A DNA stretch of 56,338 nucleotides from Patescibacteria group bacterium (GTDB taxonomy: Bacteria > Patescibacteriota > Minisyncoccia > Phycocordibacterales > UBA9973): assembly GCA_040390725.1 (NCBI GenBank), contig JAZJXT010000001.1, positions 218,586 through 274,923 on the forward strand. The letters run 5' to 3'. The notes beneath the pieces are model-generated. The model searched no databases, was not told the DNA's origin, and saw only the letters and a list, made by a program, of their open reading frames with translations. A program made the translations under genes and the position numbers. Numbering within the stretch: the stretch's first letter is position 1; every line of letters starts with the position of its first letter. Positions 9,712 through 17,576 of this stretch are shown here, in pieces.

Positions 9712-10470
9712 TTATATACTAAAACCTTCCAAGATTTCAAGTTCTTCTTTTGAATTGGCGCCGAGGGCTTCACGTGGGTTTATTTCCACTGTTTCTATTT
9801 TTTCATTATTTTTTGCAGCTATATGAAATAGGTCTGTGATGTAATATTCTTTTTGCGAGTTTTCATTTTTTATTTCTTCCAAATTTTTCCAGAGCCACTG
9901 TGCATCGAAAACATAACAGCCTGCATTTACTTCTTTTATATTTTTTTCTTCGTCATTCGCATCTCGATATTCTTTGATTCCTGCTACTTTACCGTCTTTG
10001 CGCAAAATTCTGCCGAAAGATAAAAAAGATTTTTTCCAATCTTCAAAGTCGGGGAGTGTCGTCGTCGCAAAAGTTATTTTTGCATTTTCTTTCAAATGTT
10101 TGTCCACCAGATTTTTCACAGTATTTTCGGATATCAAAGGCATGTCGCCCTGAAGCACTAAAATATGATCCGCATTTTTACAACTTTCATTCGCGCACAT
10201 TACCGCATGCCCCGTGCCGAGCTGTTCATTTTGCACTATGTATTCGTATTTATCACCGAGTTCTTCTATGACCAATTCTTTTTTGTGGCCTACAATGATG
10301 CCTGTATTATTATCTATGTCATTAATATTTGCTTTTTCGATTGATTCCAACAAATGTTTTATCATCGGTTTGCCTTTCAAGGGCGCTAAAACTTTCGGCA
10401 AATCACTCTGCATCCTTTTGCCTTTCCCTCCGGCTAGTATTAAAATCTTTACCTTATTTATTTTACTCAT
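9712..10470 (-). CDS. Sugar-1-phosphate nucleotidyltransferase, GlmU N-terminal-domain-like (no left-handed beta-helix acetyltransferase domain)
   Basis: 252 aa. LAGGKGKRMQSDLPKVL..LKGKPM, EQLGTGHAV, LQGDMPLI and EYYITD match the GlmU pyrophosphorylase domain. Confidence 0.75.
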   Translation of the reverse strand: MSKINKVKILILAGGKGKRMQSDLPKVLAPLKGKPMIKHLLESIEKANINDIDNNTGIIVGHKKELVIEELGDKYEYIVQNEQLGTGHAVMCANESCKNADHILVLQGDMPLISENTVKNLVDKHLKENAKITFATTTLPDFEDWKKSFLSFGRILRKDGKVAGIKEYRDANDEEKNIKEVNAGCYVFDAQWLWKNLEEIKNENSQKEYYITDLFHIAAKNNEKIETVEINPREALGANSKEELEILEGFSI

Positions 10471-10491
10471 TTGGGGAATTATACACTAAAA

Positions 10492-11076
10492 TTATTTATT
10501 TTCTAGGCGCCTTCTTCCTAAAATAACAGTTATTCCTATTGCATAATTCAGCAGACAAATCCAAAGAGGGAATAGGATTAAAGAAAAATTTAATTCTCCG
10601 ACAGAAAAAACTCCCAACAGCCCGCCCGTTCCGCAAATCATATACGCGATAAATGTTTCTGTCTCGGGTTCTTTGTATGTTTTTATTATTGTCAGCATTC
10701 CGGCTACAAAATCAATCAAGACAGATATGAGCAATGCGAATAATGGCTCGTTGGTAAAATACCAAATTATCAAACCAATTCCCGCGCCGGCCAGGGCTAT
10801 CTTGTCCAGCTTTCTAGTGCCTCCCATTCCGTATTTGATAGAAAGAAAAAATATCGTCACCACGCCGAGCCAGTCCACACCCGTAGTTATGAGAGACCAA
10901 GTTCCGCCTTTGAAAATCTGCGCGACAAATGCAATCGTTAGCAAAATGCACCAAATAAACCAAGTCATCCTTTGCGGTTTCGTTTTGTGCAATAAAATAT
11001 CTCGAATATAAGGTATGCAAGATATTGCAATCAAAATTCCCGAACCAATTCCCAAAATTTCTTTCATAGATTTCAT
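10492..11076 (-). CDS. Polytopic membrane protein, paralog A of 12641..13222
   Basis: 194 aa with about 6 hydrophobic segments. Shares an N-terminal motif (PYIRDILLHKTKPQRMTWFIW versus LYIKDIFRGNTKPHTYTWLIW) and the same length with the ORF at 12641..13222. Confidence 0.6.
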   Translation of the reverse strand: MKSMKEILGIGSGILIAISCIPYIRDILLHKTKPQRMTWFIWCILLTIAFVAQIFKGGTWSLITTGVDWLGVVTIFFLSIKYGMGGTRKLDKIALAGAGIGLIIWYFTNEPLFALLISVLIDFVAGMLTIIKTYKEPETETFIAYMICGTGGLLGVFSVGELNFSLILFPLWICLLNYAIGITVILGRRRLENK

Positions 11077-11083
11077 TATGGCA

Positions 11084-11112
11084 GAAAGGGAAGTGTTTGT
11101 ATATGTGTGTTA
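11084..11112. repeat. Direct repeat copy 1 (GAAAGGGAAGTGTTTGTATATGTGTGTTAA)
   Basis: Near-identical to 11853..11881, with about 27 of 29 positions matching. Overlaps the stop codon of ORF 11110..11805. Confidence 0.85.
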
Positions 11113-11805
11113 AGTATCCTGACTGTAAATTCCCATATCTCCAGTTTTTTCTGCTTCCAAGATTTCGTTATAAATTTTAGGTGAATACTTTTTGAATAAA
11201 TCCCGTGTTTTTTTAATTGTTTCAAGTTCACTTTTCCAATTATCCTGTGATAAATAGAAGTTTAAAAATTTACCCGGGTCTTCTTTTTTAATTTCCCGAC
11301 TCATTTCTTCGGTTAATTTAAGGACATGTTTTTTGTTTGTGTAAGCATTTACTGCAGTTTCTGGATATCCAAACAATAATCCTATTGTTGGTTTGAAACG
11401 AAGTTCTTTCAATTTATCAAGTAAATCTTTAGATGGCGCAACATTTATGAGCCAACCAGAAACATAGTAATTAGCATTATCAGCACGAGGCACAAAAACT
11501 TTCTCAAGCTCAGTTTCTAATCCTAACTTATGACATAAATCTAAAGATAATTGATTTTCATTTTTTGAGGTTCTTAAAAAATCCTCGGCTTTTTCTTTTG
11601 TTTGCTTGAAATGTAAACCAGTTCCCATATTATAAGTTGCCAATCTTTTACCTAAGATAATCAGAAAAAGGTCAAATTTTCCAGTCACGTCTATAGGAGC
11701 ATCTTCTAATGTTTTAATTTTATTTTGCTGTTCTTGGGTGAGAGGAGGTAGGCCTTCTGATGCAGTGGGGTTTTTGTTTTCTGAATTTAAATATTCTTCT
11801 TTCAT
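11110..11805 (-). CDS. Hypothetical protein (231 aa) bracketed by direct repeats
   Basis: ATG-initiated ORF with no recognisable motif. Confidence 0.55.
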   Translation of the reverse strand: MKEEYLNSENKNPTASEGLPPLTQEQQNKIKTLEDAPIDVTGKFDLFLIILGKRLATYNMGTGLHFKQTKEKAEDFLRTSKNENQLSLDLCHKLGLETELEKVFVPRADNANYYVSGWLINVAPSKDLLDKLKELRFKPTIGLLFGYPETAVNAYTNKKHVLKLTEEMSREIKKEDPGKFLNFYLSQDNWKSELETIKKTRDLFKKYSPKIYNEILEAEKTGDMGIYSQDT

Positions 11806-11852
11806 TGTTTGATTATATCATTGTTTAAGCAAGAATGGTTCTTGCTTGCCTT

Positions 11853-11881
11853 GAAAGGGAAGTGTTTGTATGTGTGTTTAA
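11853..11881. repeat. Direct repeat copy 2 (GAAAGGGAAGTGTTTGTATGTGTGTTTAA)
   Basis: Matches 11084..11112. Lies about 48 nt upstream of the start of ORF 11110..11805. Confidence 0.85.
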
Positions 11882-11928
11882 TAGTAGTTTGAATTATTAA
11901 TTAAAAATATATATAATAAGAAGTAATT

Positions 11929-12609
11929 ATGCATTTAACATATTTATTAACAGTTCTAGCATTTTTTCCTGTATGGTTAATTTTATATTTTCACCGCAAA
12001 GACCTTAGGCAAGAAATGATATTTATGGGAGTCATGATTGCGATAGGAGCTATTTTTTTAGAAGCTTTTGTTTGGACAAAAGATTGGTGGCAACCAAAAA
12101 CTATCACAGGAACAGTTGTAGGCATAGAAGATGCACTTTTGGGGTTTTTGTTAGGAGGAATAATAGCCTCAGTATATGAGGAAATTTTTAAAGATAAATT
12201 AGTTCGTATTCGTGGAAAGAAAAAAGATCACCATGTAAAACATTTTGTTATAGTGGTTTTATTGTCAATTTTTATCGGAAACTTTACATTTTTCTATTTA
12301 AATATGCATTCTTATTATGCATCATTACTATCGATGTTGATTCCCACACTTGTTATTTATTTTTATAGAAAAGATTTGATTATTCTTTCCCTGGCAACTG
12401 GGGTAATCATCACATTAATTTCTATTCCTGTCTATTGTATATCGTTCTTTCTTGACCCTACGGCAATAAATTATTGGTTTTATCAGAATATATCAGGTAT
12501 TATGCCTCTAGGTATTCCTATTGAAGATTTAGTGTGGTTCTTTGTCACAGGAATGTTTCTTGCACCTTTGTATGAGTTTTGGAAAGGAGAAAAGCTAGAA
12601 AAATTTTAA
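11929..12609 (+). CDS. Polytopic membrane protein, possibly lycopene-cyclase-domain-like
   Basis: 226 aa with about 7 hydrophobic segments. Two acidic intramembrane motifs (VGIEDALLGF and IPIEDLVWFF) are reminiscent of CrtYc/d-type domains. This is a weak assignment. Confidence 0.45.
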   Translation: MHLTYLLTVLAFFPVWLILYFHRKDLRQEMIFMGVMIAIGAIFLEAFVWTKDWWQPKTITGTVVGIEDALLGFLLGGIIASVYEEIFKDKLVRIRGKKKDHHVKHFVIVVLLSIFIGNFTFFYLNMHSYYASLLSMLIPTLVIYFYRKDLIILSLATGVIITLISIPVYCISFFLDPTAINYWFYQNISGIMPLGIPIEDLVWFFVTGMFLAPLYEFWKGEKLEKF

Positions 12610-12610
12610 T

Positions 12611-12650
12611 AAAAAACAAGGTCGAACCTTGTTTAGGATTTTATTTTTTT
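12611..12650. terminator. Hairpin ACAAGGT-CGA-ACCTTGT with flanking A and T tracts (bidirectional terminator-like), repeat copy 1
   Basis: The core AAAAAACAAGGTCGAACCTTGT is identical to 14090..14111. Lies between the convergent ORFs 11929..12609 (+) and 12641..13222 (-). Confidence 0.6.
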
Positions 12651-13222
12651 AGTTTTCGTAAAAAAACTATTTCTCCAATTATAATAAATTTTGTTAGTAA
12701 AACAGAAGCAGGATATATCAAATTAATTAACGAGTAGCTACCCATCGAAAACATTGATAGGGAATGCTTTACTGCATCCACATACATAGAACCAAGTGAC
12801 TCACTGCGAGGAGCATACCATGTTTTCCTCATTGTTGGAAAGAAAGCTATCAGGTCAATAAGGGTCGCCAGGATTACTGACCACAATACGCTTTTAGTCA
12901 AAACCCAAGGCAGAATTGAAAGGATTGCTAAAGCTAAACATATTTTATCGAAATTAGTAATATCTTTTGTCCCGTAACCACCTTTTAAAGAAAGAATTAA
13001 TGTGAAAATAGTTACAATTGCTGCGACTCCCGTCGCCCATGAACCAGGTCCACCACCAGAAACCCATTGTCCAAAGAAAGCAATCGTTGTAACAATAGAC
13101 CAAATGAGCCAAGTGTATGTGTGAGGTTTTGTATTTCCACGAAAAATATCTTTGATGTATAGAAAGGAACTGATGAGGGCGAGGAGTGCCGCAATACCAC
13201 CAAGGATTATTTTTATTTCCAT
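12641..13222 (-). CDS. Polytopic membrane protein, paralog B of 10492..11076
   Basis: 193 aa with the same architecture and N-terminal motif as paralog A. Confidence 0.6.
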   Translation of the reverse strand: MEIKIILGGIAALLALISSFLYIKDIFRGNTKPHTYTWLIWSIVTTIAFFGQWVSGGGPGSWATGVAAIVTIFTLILSLKGGYGTKDITNFDKICLALAILSILPWVLTKSVLWSVILATLIDLIAFFPTMRKTWYAPRSESLGSMYVDAVKHSLSMFSMGSYSLINLIYPASVLLTKFIIIGEIVFLRKLKK

Positions 13223-13336
13223 AAAGGAATTATATCATATTTTTTTTGCATTTATTTTAAAGAAATCCGTAAGGATAGTCCTTGCAAATTTGAAATTTAT
13301 ATACTTATAAAAGATTATAAAGTATAATAGTAATTT

Positions 13337-14014
13337 ATGAATAAAAAAAATAAAAAAGATATTAATCTACTAATAGATTACGATATGCCTCGTATTCCAA
13401 AATGGTTATATAAAAAGTATCTTAAAAAAAATGATTTAAACATAGGATCGGGATTTTCTACTCCAGCATATGATGTATACATAACAGAACTTAACTATCT
13501 ATTTAGGAAAGCAACAGAATATATCAAAGGAGCGGAAATTATTAAAAAAAACACCAATTCTTGCAATATGTCTTTTCATTTACTTACTTCTGTTGCTTTT
13601 GAACTTTTACCTAAAATATTAATTGGTTATGAAATATGTTTAAAATATAAAAAGAAAAAAGAAAATATAATTTCAAAAGAAGTAATAATGAATGAAATCA
13701 AAAAAGAGATGAGTAAATTTGGACATGACTTAGAGCTTCTGTATAAAAAATCACCTCAAATTACGAAAGAATTAGGGATAAAAAAAATAAAAAAATTTAG
13801 TAATTTTCATGTTTGTGACTATCGAATTGAATTTAAAAATAATAAGAACGTTTTGTTTATTAAAGAAATAGAGGCTGTTAGATATGGTTCATTCTCTAGA
13901 AGTAGAGATACATTAGTTGATTGCAGAAACGACCATCTTGTTCTTGATGTTTTGGAAAAAATGAAGTTATTTGTTTTAAAAAAGAGTCGAGAGACTTATG
14001 ATAAATTATTATAA
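13337..14014 (+). CDS. Hypothetical Lys-rich protein (225 aa) with HEPN-like motif arrangement
   Basis: Very AT-rich ORF. VAFELLPKILIGY ... FGHDLELLYKK ... EAVRYGSF resembles the helix, H-D-L and R-Y pattern of HEPN domains. Motif-level guess only. Confidence 0.45.
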   Translation: MNKKNKKDINLLIDYDMPRIPKWLYKKYLKKNDLNIGSGFSTPAYDVYITELNYLFRKATEYIKGAEIIKKNTNSCNMSFHLLTSVAFELLPKILIGYEICLKYKKKKENIISKEVIMNEIKKEMSKFGHDLELLYKKSPQITKELGIKKIKKFSNFHVCDYRIEFKNNKNVLFIKEIEAVRYGSFSRSRDTLVDCRNDHLVLDVLEKMKLFVLKKSRETYDKLL

Positions 14015-14089
14015 TGTTTTTCGGGCATTATTTTAATTTGCAACCCAAGTGGGCTTGAATTTGAACGAGTTTGTAAAATGAATTATTTA

Positions 14090-14126
14090 AAAAAACAAGG
14101 TCGAACCTTGTCAGGAATTATTTTTG
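14090..14126. terminator. Hairpin ACAAGGT-CGA-ACCTTGT, repeat copy 2
   Basis: Same 22-nt core as 12611..12632, and the downstream AGGA(A)TT.ATTTTT is also similar. Sits 35 nt upstream of tRNA-Glu. Confidence 0.6.
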
Positions 14127-14160
14127 CAATTTTTGAAATAAATGTTAATATGTTCATATT

Positions 14161-14232
14161 GGCCCTATCGTCTAACGGTTAGGACATCGCCTTTTCAAGG
14201 CGGTAATCAGAGTTCGATTCTCTGTAGGGTCA
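14161..14232 (+). tRNA. tRNA-Glu (anticodon UUC)
   Basis: Cloverleaf with acceptor GGCCCTA/TAGGGTC, anticodon stem TCGCC/GGCGG with loop TTTTCAA, and T arm CAGAG-TTCGATT-CTCTG. Confidence 0.9.
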
Positions 14233-14254
14233 CAGCACTTGACAGATTTTAAAT

Positions 14255-14764
14255 CTATTGTGTAAACCTCAATTTTTTTAAAAATAAACTTTCTTCTTTT
14301 ACGTTATGTAAAATAATCACTTTTTTGTTTTCTGAAAATTCTGATATTATCTTATATTCTTCTTTTGTTGGATAATTCCAAATTAATTTTAGCAATTCCC
14401 AATTAAAGTGATTTTTTCTATTTCCTCCCATATCTGGCCTCAACTTTTTAAAATATTTGATTGATCTTTTTATAAGTCTCCAGTAAATTATTGCTTTTGA
14501 AAAAGCAAAGAATATTATTGTATCTGCATTCGATAATCTAATATCATATGATTTCGATTTTATAAAATTACCATCAAGTATCCATTTATCGCCATTCATC
14601 ATTTCCTGCTGTTGTGCAATAAACGAATCTTGTTCGATGTGTCCTTCTTGTGTCCAAAATATTTTATCAAGGTGATGGACAGGTAGATGCAATAAACTTC
14701 CTAGTTTGTTGGCAAGAATAGTTTTTCCAGAACTTGGACATCCCAATATGATAATTTTGTTCAT
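14255..14764 (-). CDS. P-loop NTPase, topology-modulation/adenylate-kinase-like
   Basis: 169 aa. The N-terminal Walker A (IILGCPSSGKTILA) and the size are typical of the FlaR-like small kinase family. Confidence 0.65.
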   Translation of the reverse strand: MNKIIILGCPSSGKTILANKLGSLLHLPVHHLDKIFWTQEGHIEQDSFIAQQQEMMNGDKWILDGNFIKSKSYDIRLSNADTIIFFAFSKAIIYWRLIKRSIKYFKKLRPDMGGNRKNHFNWELLKLIWNYPTKEEYKIISEFSENKKVIILHNVKEESLFLKKLRFTQ

Positions 14765-14822
14765 AATGCATAATTATAACAAATTTAATCAAAAAACTGC
14801 TATACTTAATGCGTAATATCTT

Positions 14823-15485
14823 ATGAAATTCTTAACAAAATTATTTAAATTTATTTGCGGGATTTTGCTTTTGCCTTTTTGCGCGGGGGCAGTATTGGCT
14901 CTGTGGAAAGTCATCTTAGTGAGTGGCTCGGCGGATATGATTTGGATTACGATTTTGGCGGGAGCATTGGCTTTTGTTTTAATTTATCTTTTTTTAGCAA
15001 AGCCGGTTTGGATTTATGTTTTCGGACACGAGATGACTCATGCATTGTGGTCTTGGTTTTTCGGAGGCAAACTCCACCAGATGCGGGTGACTTCCGGCGG
15101 AGGGCACGTGCTCATAACGAAAGCGAATTTTATCACATCACTCGCGCCATATTTTTTTCCGGTTTATGCGGTCTTGATAGTGGTCATTTATGGTCTGGGG
15201 AATTTTTTCTGGGATTGGTCGCATTATGTTTTAATTTTTTATTTTTTGCTTGGGATGGCTTATGCATTTCACATTACTTTTACGATTCATTCCTTAAAAA
15301 TAGATCAACCGGACGTCCTCGAACAAGGCTCTATTTTTTCCGCTGTGATTATTTTCCTGGGAAATATTTTAGTGCTCCTAGTCGGCATACCGCTCCTCTC
15401 CGGCAAGACAAATGTCTCCACAGCATTTCATTTATGGGTTGATAATTCAATGCAGATATATAACTACATAATTAATTTATTTTGA
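14823..15485 (+). CDS. Membrane protein with HExxH zinc-metalloprotease motif
   Basis: 220 aa with multiple TM segments. FGHEMTHALW lies next to a TM helix, as in DUF3267/M50-like putative zincins. Confidence 0.6.
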   Translation: MKFLTKLFKFICGILLLPFCAGAVLALWKVILVSGSADMIWITILAGALAFVLIYLFLAKPVWIYVFGHEMTHALWSWFFGGKLHQMRVTSGGGHVLITKANFITSLAPYFFPVYAVLIVVIYGLGNFFWDWSHYVLIFYFLLGMAYAFHITFTIHSLKIDQPDVLEQGSIFSAVIIFLGNILVLLVGIPLLSGKTNVSTAFHLWVDNSMQIYNYIINLF

Positions 15486-15851
15486 AGATTTTTTTGCATT
15501 TAGAATTCTTTCATAAGTTGCTTTTAGTTCAGGGGAAGCAAGTTTTTCATCTTTCATAGAAGATACATTAAAACATTTCCACTTATCTCCTTTTTTCTCC
15601 ATAAAAAAAGATTGTACTTTTTCTGGAGTAGCGCTAGGTATTTCATTTATAGTTATCCAATTTTCTTCTCTTCTTATTTGATATTTATAACTACCATCAG
15701 GTGTTTCTATTTCGAAAGGTTTACTACCTACCCAATCTTGGGATCCAAGTAAATTATTTATATCTTCCGCAACTTTATTTACAGATAAATCAGGAGTCGG
15801 ATCTCCCTTCATTCCCATATTTCCAGTGTCTATTTGGTTAAAATTTCCCAT
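15477..15851 (-). CDS. Hypothetical protein (124 aa)
   Basis: ATG-initiated ORF convergent with 14823..15485. No recognisable motif. Confidence 0.45.
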   Translation of the reverse strand: MGNFNQIDTGNMGMKGDPTPDLSVNKVAEDINNLLGSQDWVGSKPFEIETPDGSYKYQIRREENWITINEIPSATPEKVQSFFMEKKGDKWKCFNVSSMKDEKLASPELKATYERILNAKKSSK

Positions 15852-15922
15852 ATTTATATTTTAACATGTTTTAATAAGTAAAGAAAATACAGGATTTCTG
15901 ATATAATAGGCGACACGGAAAG

Positions 15923-16009
15923 GGATGCGTGGCTGAGTGGTTGAAGGCACCGGTTTCGAAAACCGGCATTGGGGAAACTCAATCGTGAGTTCAAATCTCA
16001 CCGCATCCG
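15923..16009 (+). tRNA. tRNA-Ser (anticodon CGA), long variable arm
   Basis: Acceptor GGATGCG/CGCATCC, anticodon stem CCGGT/ACCGG with loop TTCGAAA, long variable arm, and T arm GTGAG-TTCAAAT-CTCAC. An extended -10 (TGATATAAT) lies about 15 nt upstream. Confidence 0.9.
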
Positions 16010-16051
16010 CAGTTGGCTTGCTTTTCTTTTACTTGGTTATATAATATATAT

Positions 16052-16315
16052 ATGAGGAATATGAGAATAAATGAAAAAGCTGGTAATCCTAAGGTTGTTC
16101 AATTAGATATTTTTGAGCCTCCGCAAGAAAATAAAGGAGATGATTTTTATAAAAGAAGGGCTGAAGCAGCTAAACAATTTAACGCTAATCCAGAGATACT
16201 TACTGAAGTGAATAATGTTTGGTATGTAAGAGGTCAGCCTGCCAAAGAGTGGCATGAAGACCAAAAAAAACTCGAAGAAGGGGAAAAGCCGGATTATTAT
16301 AAGGGTCAACTTTAA
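16052..16315 (+). CDS. Hypothetical protein (about 87 aa)
   Basis: The track ORF starts at 16013, directly abutting the tRNA. The in-frame ATG at 16052 is more plausible. Confidence 0.4.
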   Translation: MRNMRINEKAGNPKVVQLDIFEPPQENKGDDFYKRRAEAAKQFNANPEILTEVNNVWYVRGQPAKEWHEDQKKLEEGEKPDYYKGQL

Positions 16316-16332
16316 TTAAAAATAATAAATTT

Positions 16333-16533
16333 ATGCAAAAAATAGCAACAAAAATCTTTATTTATACATCTATTGTTTTTGGAGTCATAGGTATTTTGAT
16401 TGTCCTTACTTCTGGCGGTCCAGATACACCAGATTCTGCTACAACTAAAATTTTAATCAGGTGTTTATTCGCTACTGTGTTTGTCATACTGCCTTCATTC
16501 GCATTAAGCGTTGCCTATAAATATTTTAAATAG
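16333..16533 (+). CDS. Small membrane protein (66 aa, two hydrophobic helices)
   Basis: Two clear hydrophobic stretches. Follows 16052..16315 after a 17-nt gap. Confidence 0.4.
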   Translation: MQKIATKIFIYTSIVFGVIGILIVLTSGGPDTPDSATTKILIRCLFATVFVILPSFALSVAYKYFK

Positions 16534-16544
16534 TTAATTTTAGT

Positions 16545-17486
16545 TTATTTCGTATTCAAAGCCAAATAAATATCTTCGAGGGCTCGGACAGCATCACCGG
16601 ATGCTATGTTGTTTTGGTGATAGAGGATATTGGTGCAATCGCCGGCAGACCAGATGCCCGAGGTTTCGGTTTTTTGCGTCCAAGGATCTATTTTTACTCG
16701 GCCTATTTCGTCGAGGGGTACTATGTCTTTTACAAAAGAAGTATTTGGGATTTGTCCTATTTCTACGAAAATTCCTGTTACGTTTAATTTTTTCTCTATG
16801 CCGGTAGTATTTTCTTTGTAAATAATTCCATCCACAAATTTATCGCCGGTTATTTCAAGAATTTCTGTTTCAGTGACTACTTTCATTTTTGGATTTTTCA
16901 AAACTTTTTCTACAGTTATTTCATCTGCGCGGAATTTCTCACTGCGGTGAACAATAGTCACGGAATTACAATATGCTAAAAGTTGTGATGCGCTTTCAAA
17001 AGCGGCATTGCCTCCGCCGATGACGGCTACATCCGCTCCGGCAAAAAGGGGACCATCGCAAGTAGCGCAATAAGTAAGGCCTTTGTGTTCGAGCCTATCC
17101 GCGCCTTTTACTTGGAGTTTTCGGTGTTCACTGCCGGTAGATATCAAGATAGTTTTAGTTTCAAATTCTTCACCGGCGTCTGTTTTTATTTTAAAAGTTT
17201 TGTCATTTTTTATTATAGAATTTGCTTTTGCACCTTCTTTGACGGCAAGGGTAGAACTAGGGTCTGTATTTATAGCATTTGCCAATACATGTTTTTTAAA
17301 ATTCTCAGCAAGTTGATTGCCAGAAAGGGAAACAGTTCCTATCCAATTATAAATCTGTTCAGAGACGACAGATTGCCCACCCCATTCAGCAATGATCAAA
17401 AGAGTATTTAGTTTTTTGCGAGCAGCATAAACAGCCGCCGATGCCCCGGCTGGTCCGCCACCTATTATTATCAAATCGTAAATCAT
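16545..17486 (-). CDS. trxB: Thioredoxin-disulfide reductase
   Basis: 313 aa. FAD motif IIIGGGPAG, redox-active CATCDG, NADPH motif VIGGGNAA, and C-terminal GIWSAGDC. Confidence 0.92.
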   Translation of the reverse strand: MIYDLIIIGGGPAGASAAVYAARKKLNTLLIIAEWGGQSVVSEQIYNWIGTVSLSGNQLAENFKKHVLANAINTDPSSTLAVKEGAKANSIIKNDKTFKIKTDAGEEFETKTILISTGSEHRKLQVKGADRLEHKGLTYCATCDGPLFAGADVAVIGGGNAAFESASQLLAYCNSVTIVHRSEKFRADEITVEKVLKNPKMKVVTETEILEITGDKFVDGIIYKENTTGIEKKLNVTGIFVEIGQIPNTSFVKDIVPLDEIGRVKIDPWTQKTETSGIWSAGDCTNILYHQNNIASGDAVRALEDIYLALNTK

Positions 17487-17543
17487 AAAAATTAGTTGCT
17501 AGTGATTAGTTTCTAGCGACTAGTATTATAACTCAAAATACAT

Positions 17544-17574
17544 CTAGAACCTAGCACCTAGAAACTAGAACCTA
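17544..17574. repeat. Heptamer tandem repeat CTAGAAC CTAGCAC CTAGAAA CTAGAAC CTA
   Basis: About 4.4 units of CTAGNAM directly after the ftsZ stop. The rest of the 90-nt spacer upstream of trxB holds four more CTAG sites (GCTAGTGATTAGTTTCTAGCGACTAG). Confidence 0.85.
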
Positions 17575-17576
17575 AT

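Noticed and set aside
14855-15442. 195-aa ORF in an alternative + frame overlapping 14823..15485
   Set aside because: The other frame gives a coherent multi-TM protein with an HExxH motif. This frame gives an Arg/Gly/Phe-rich product typical of an off-frame reading.
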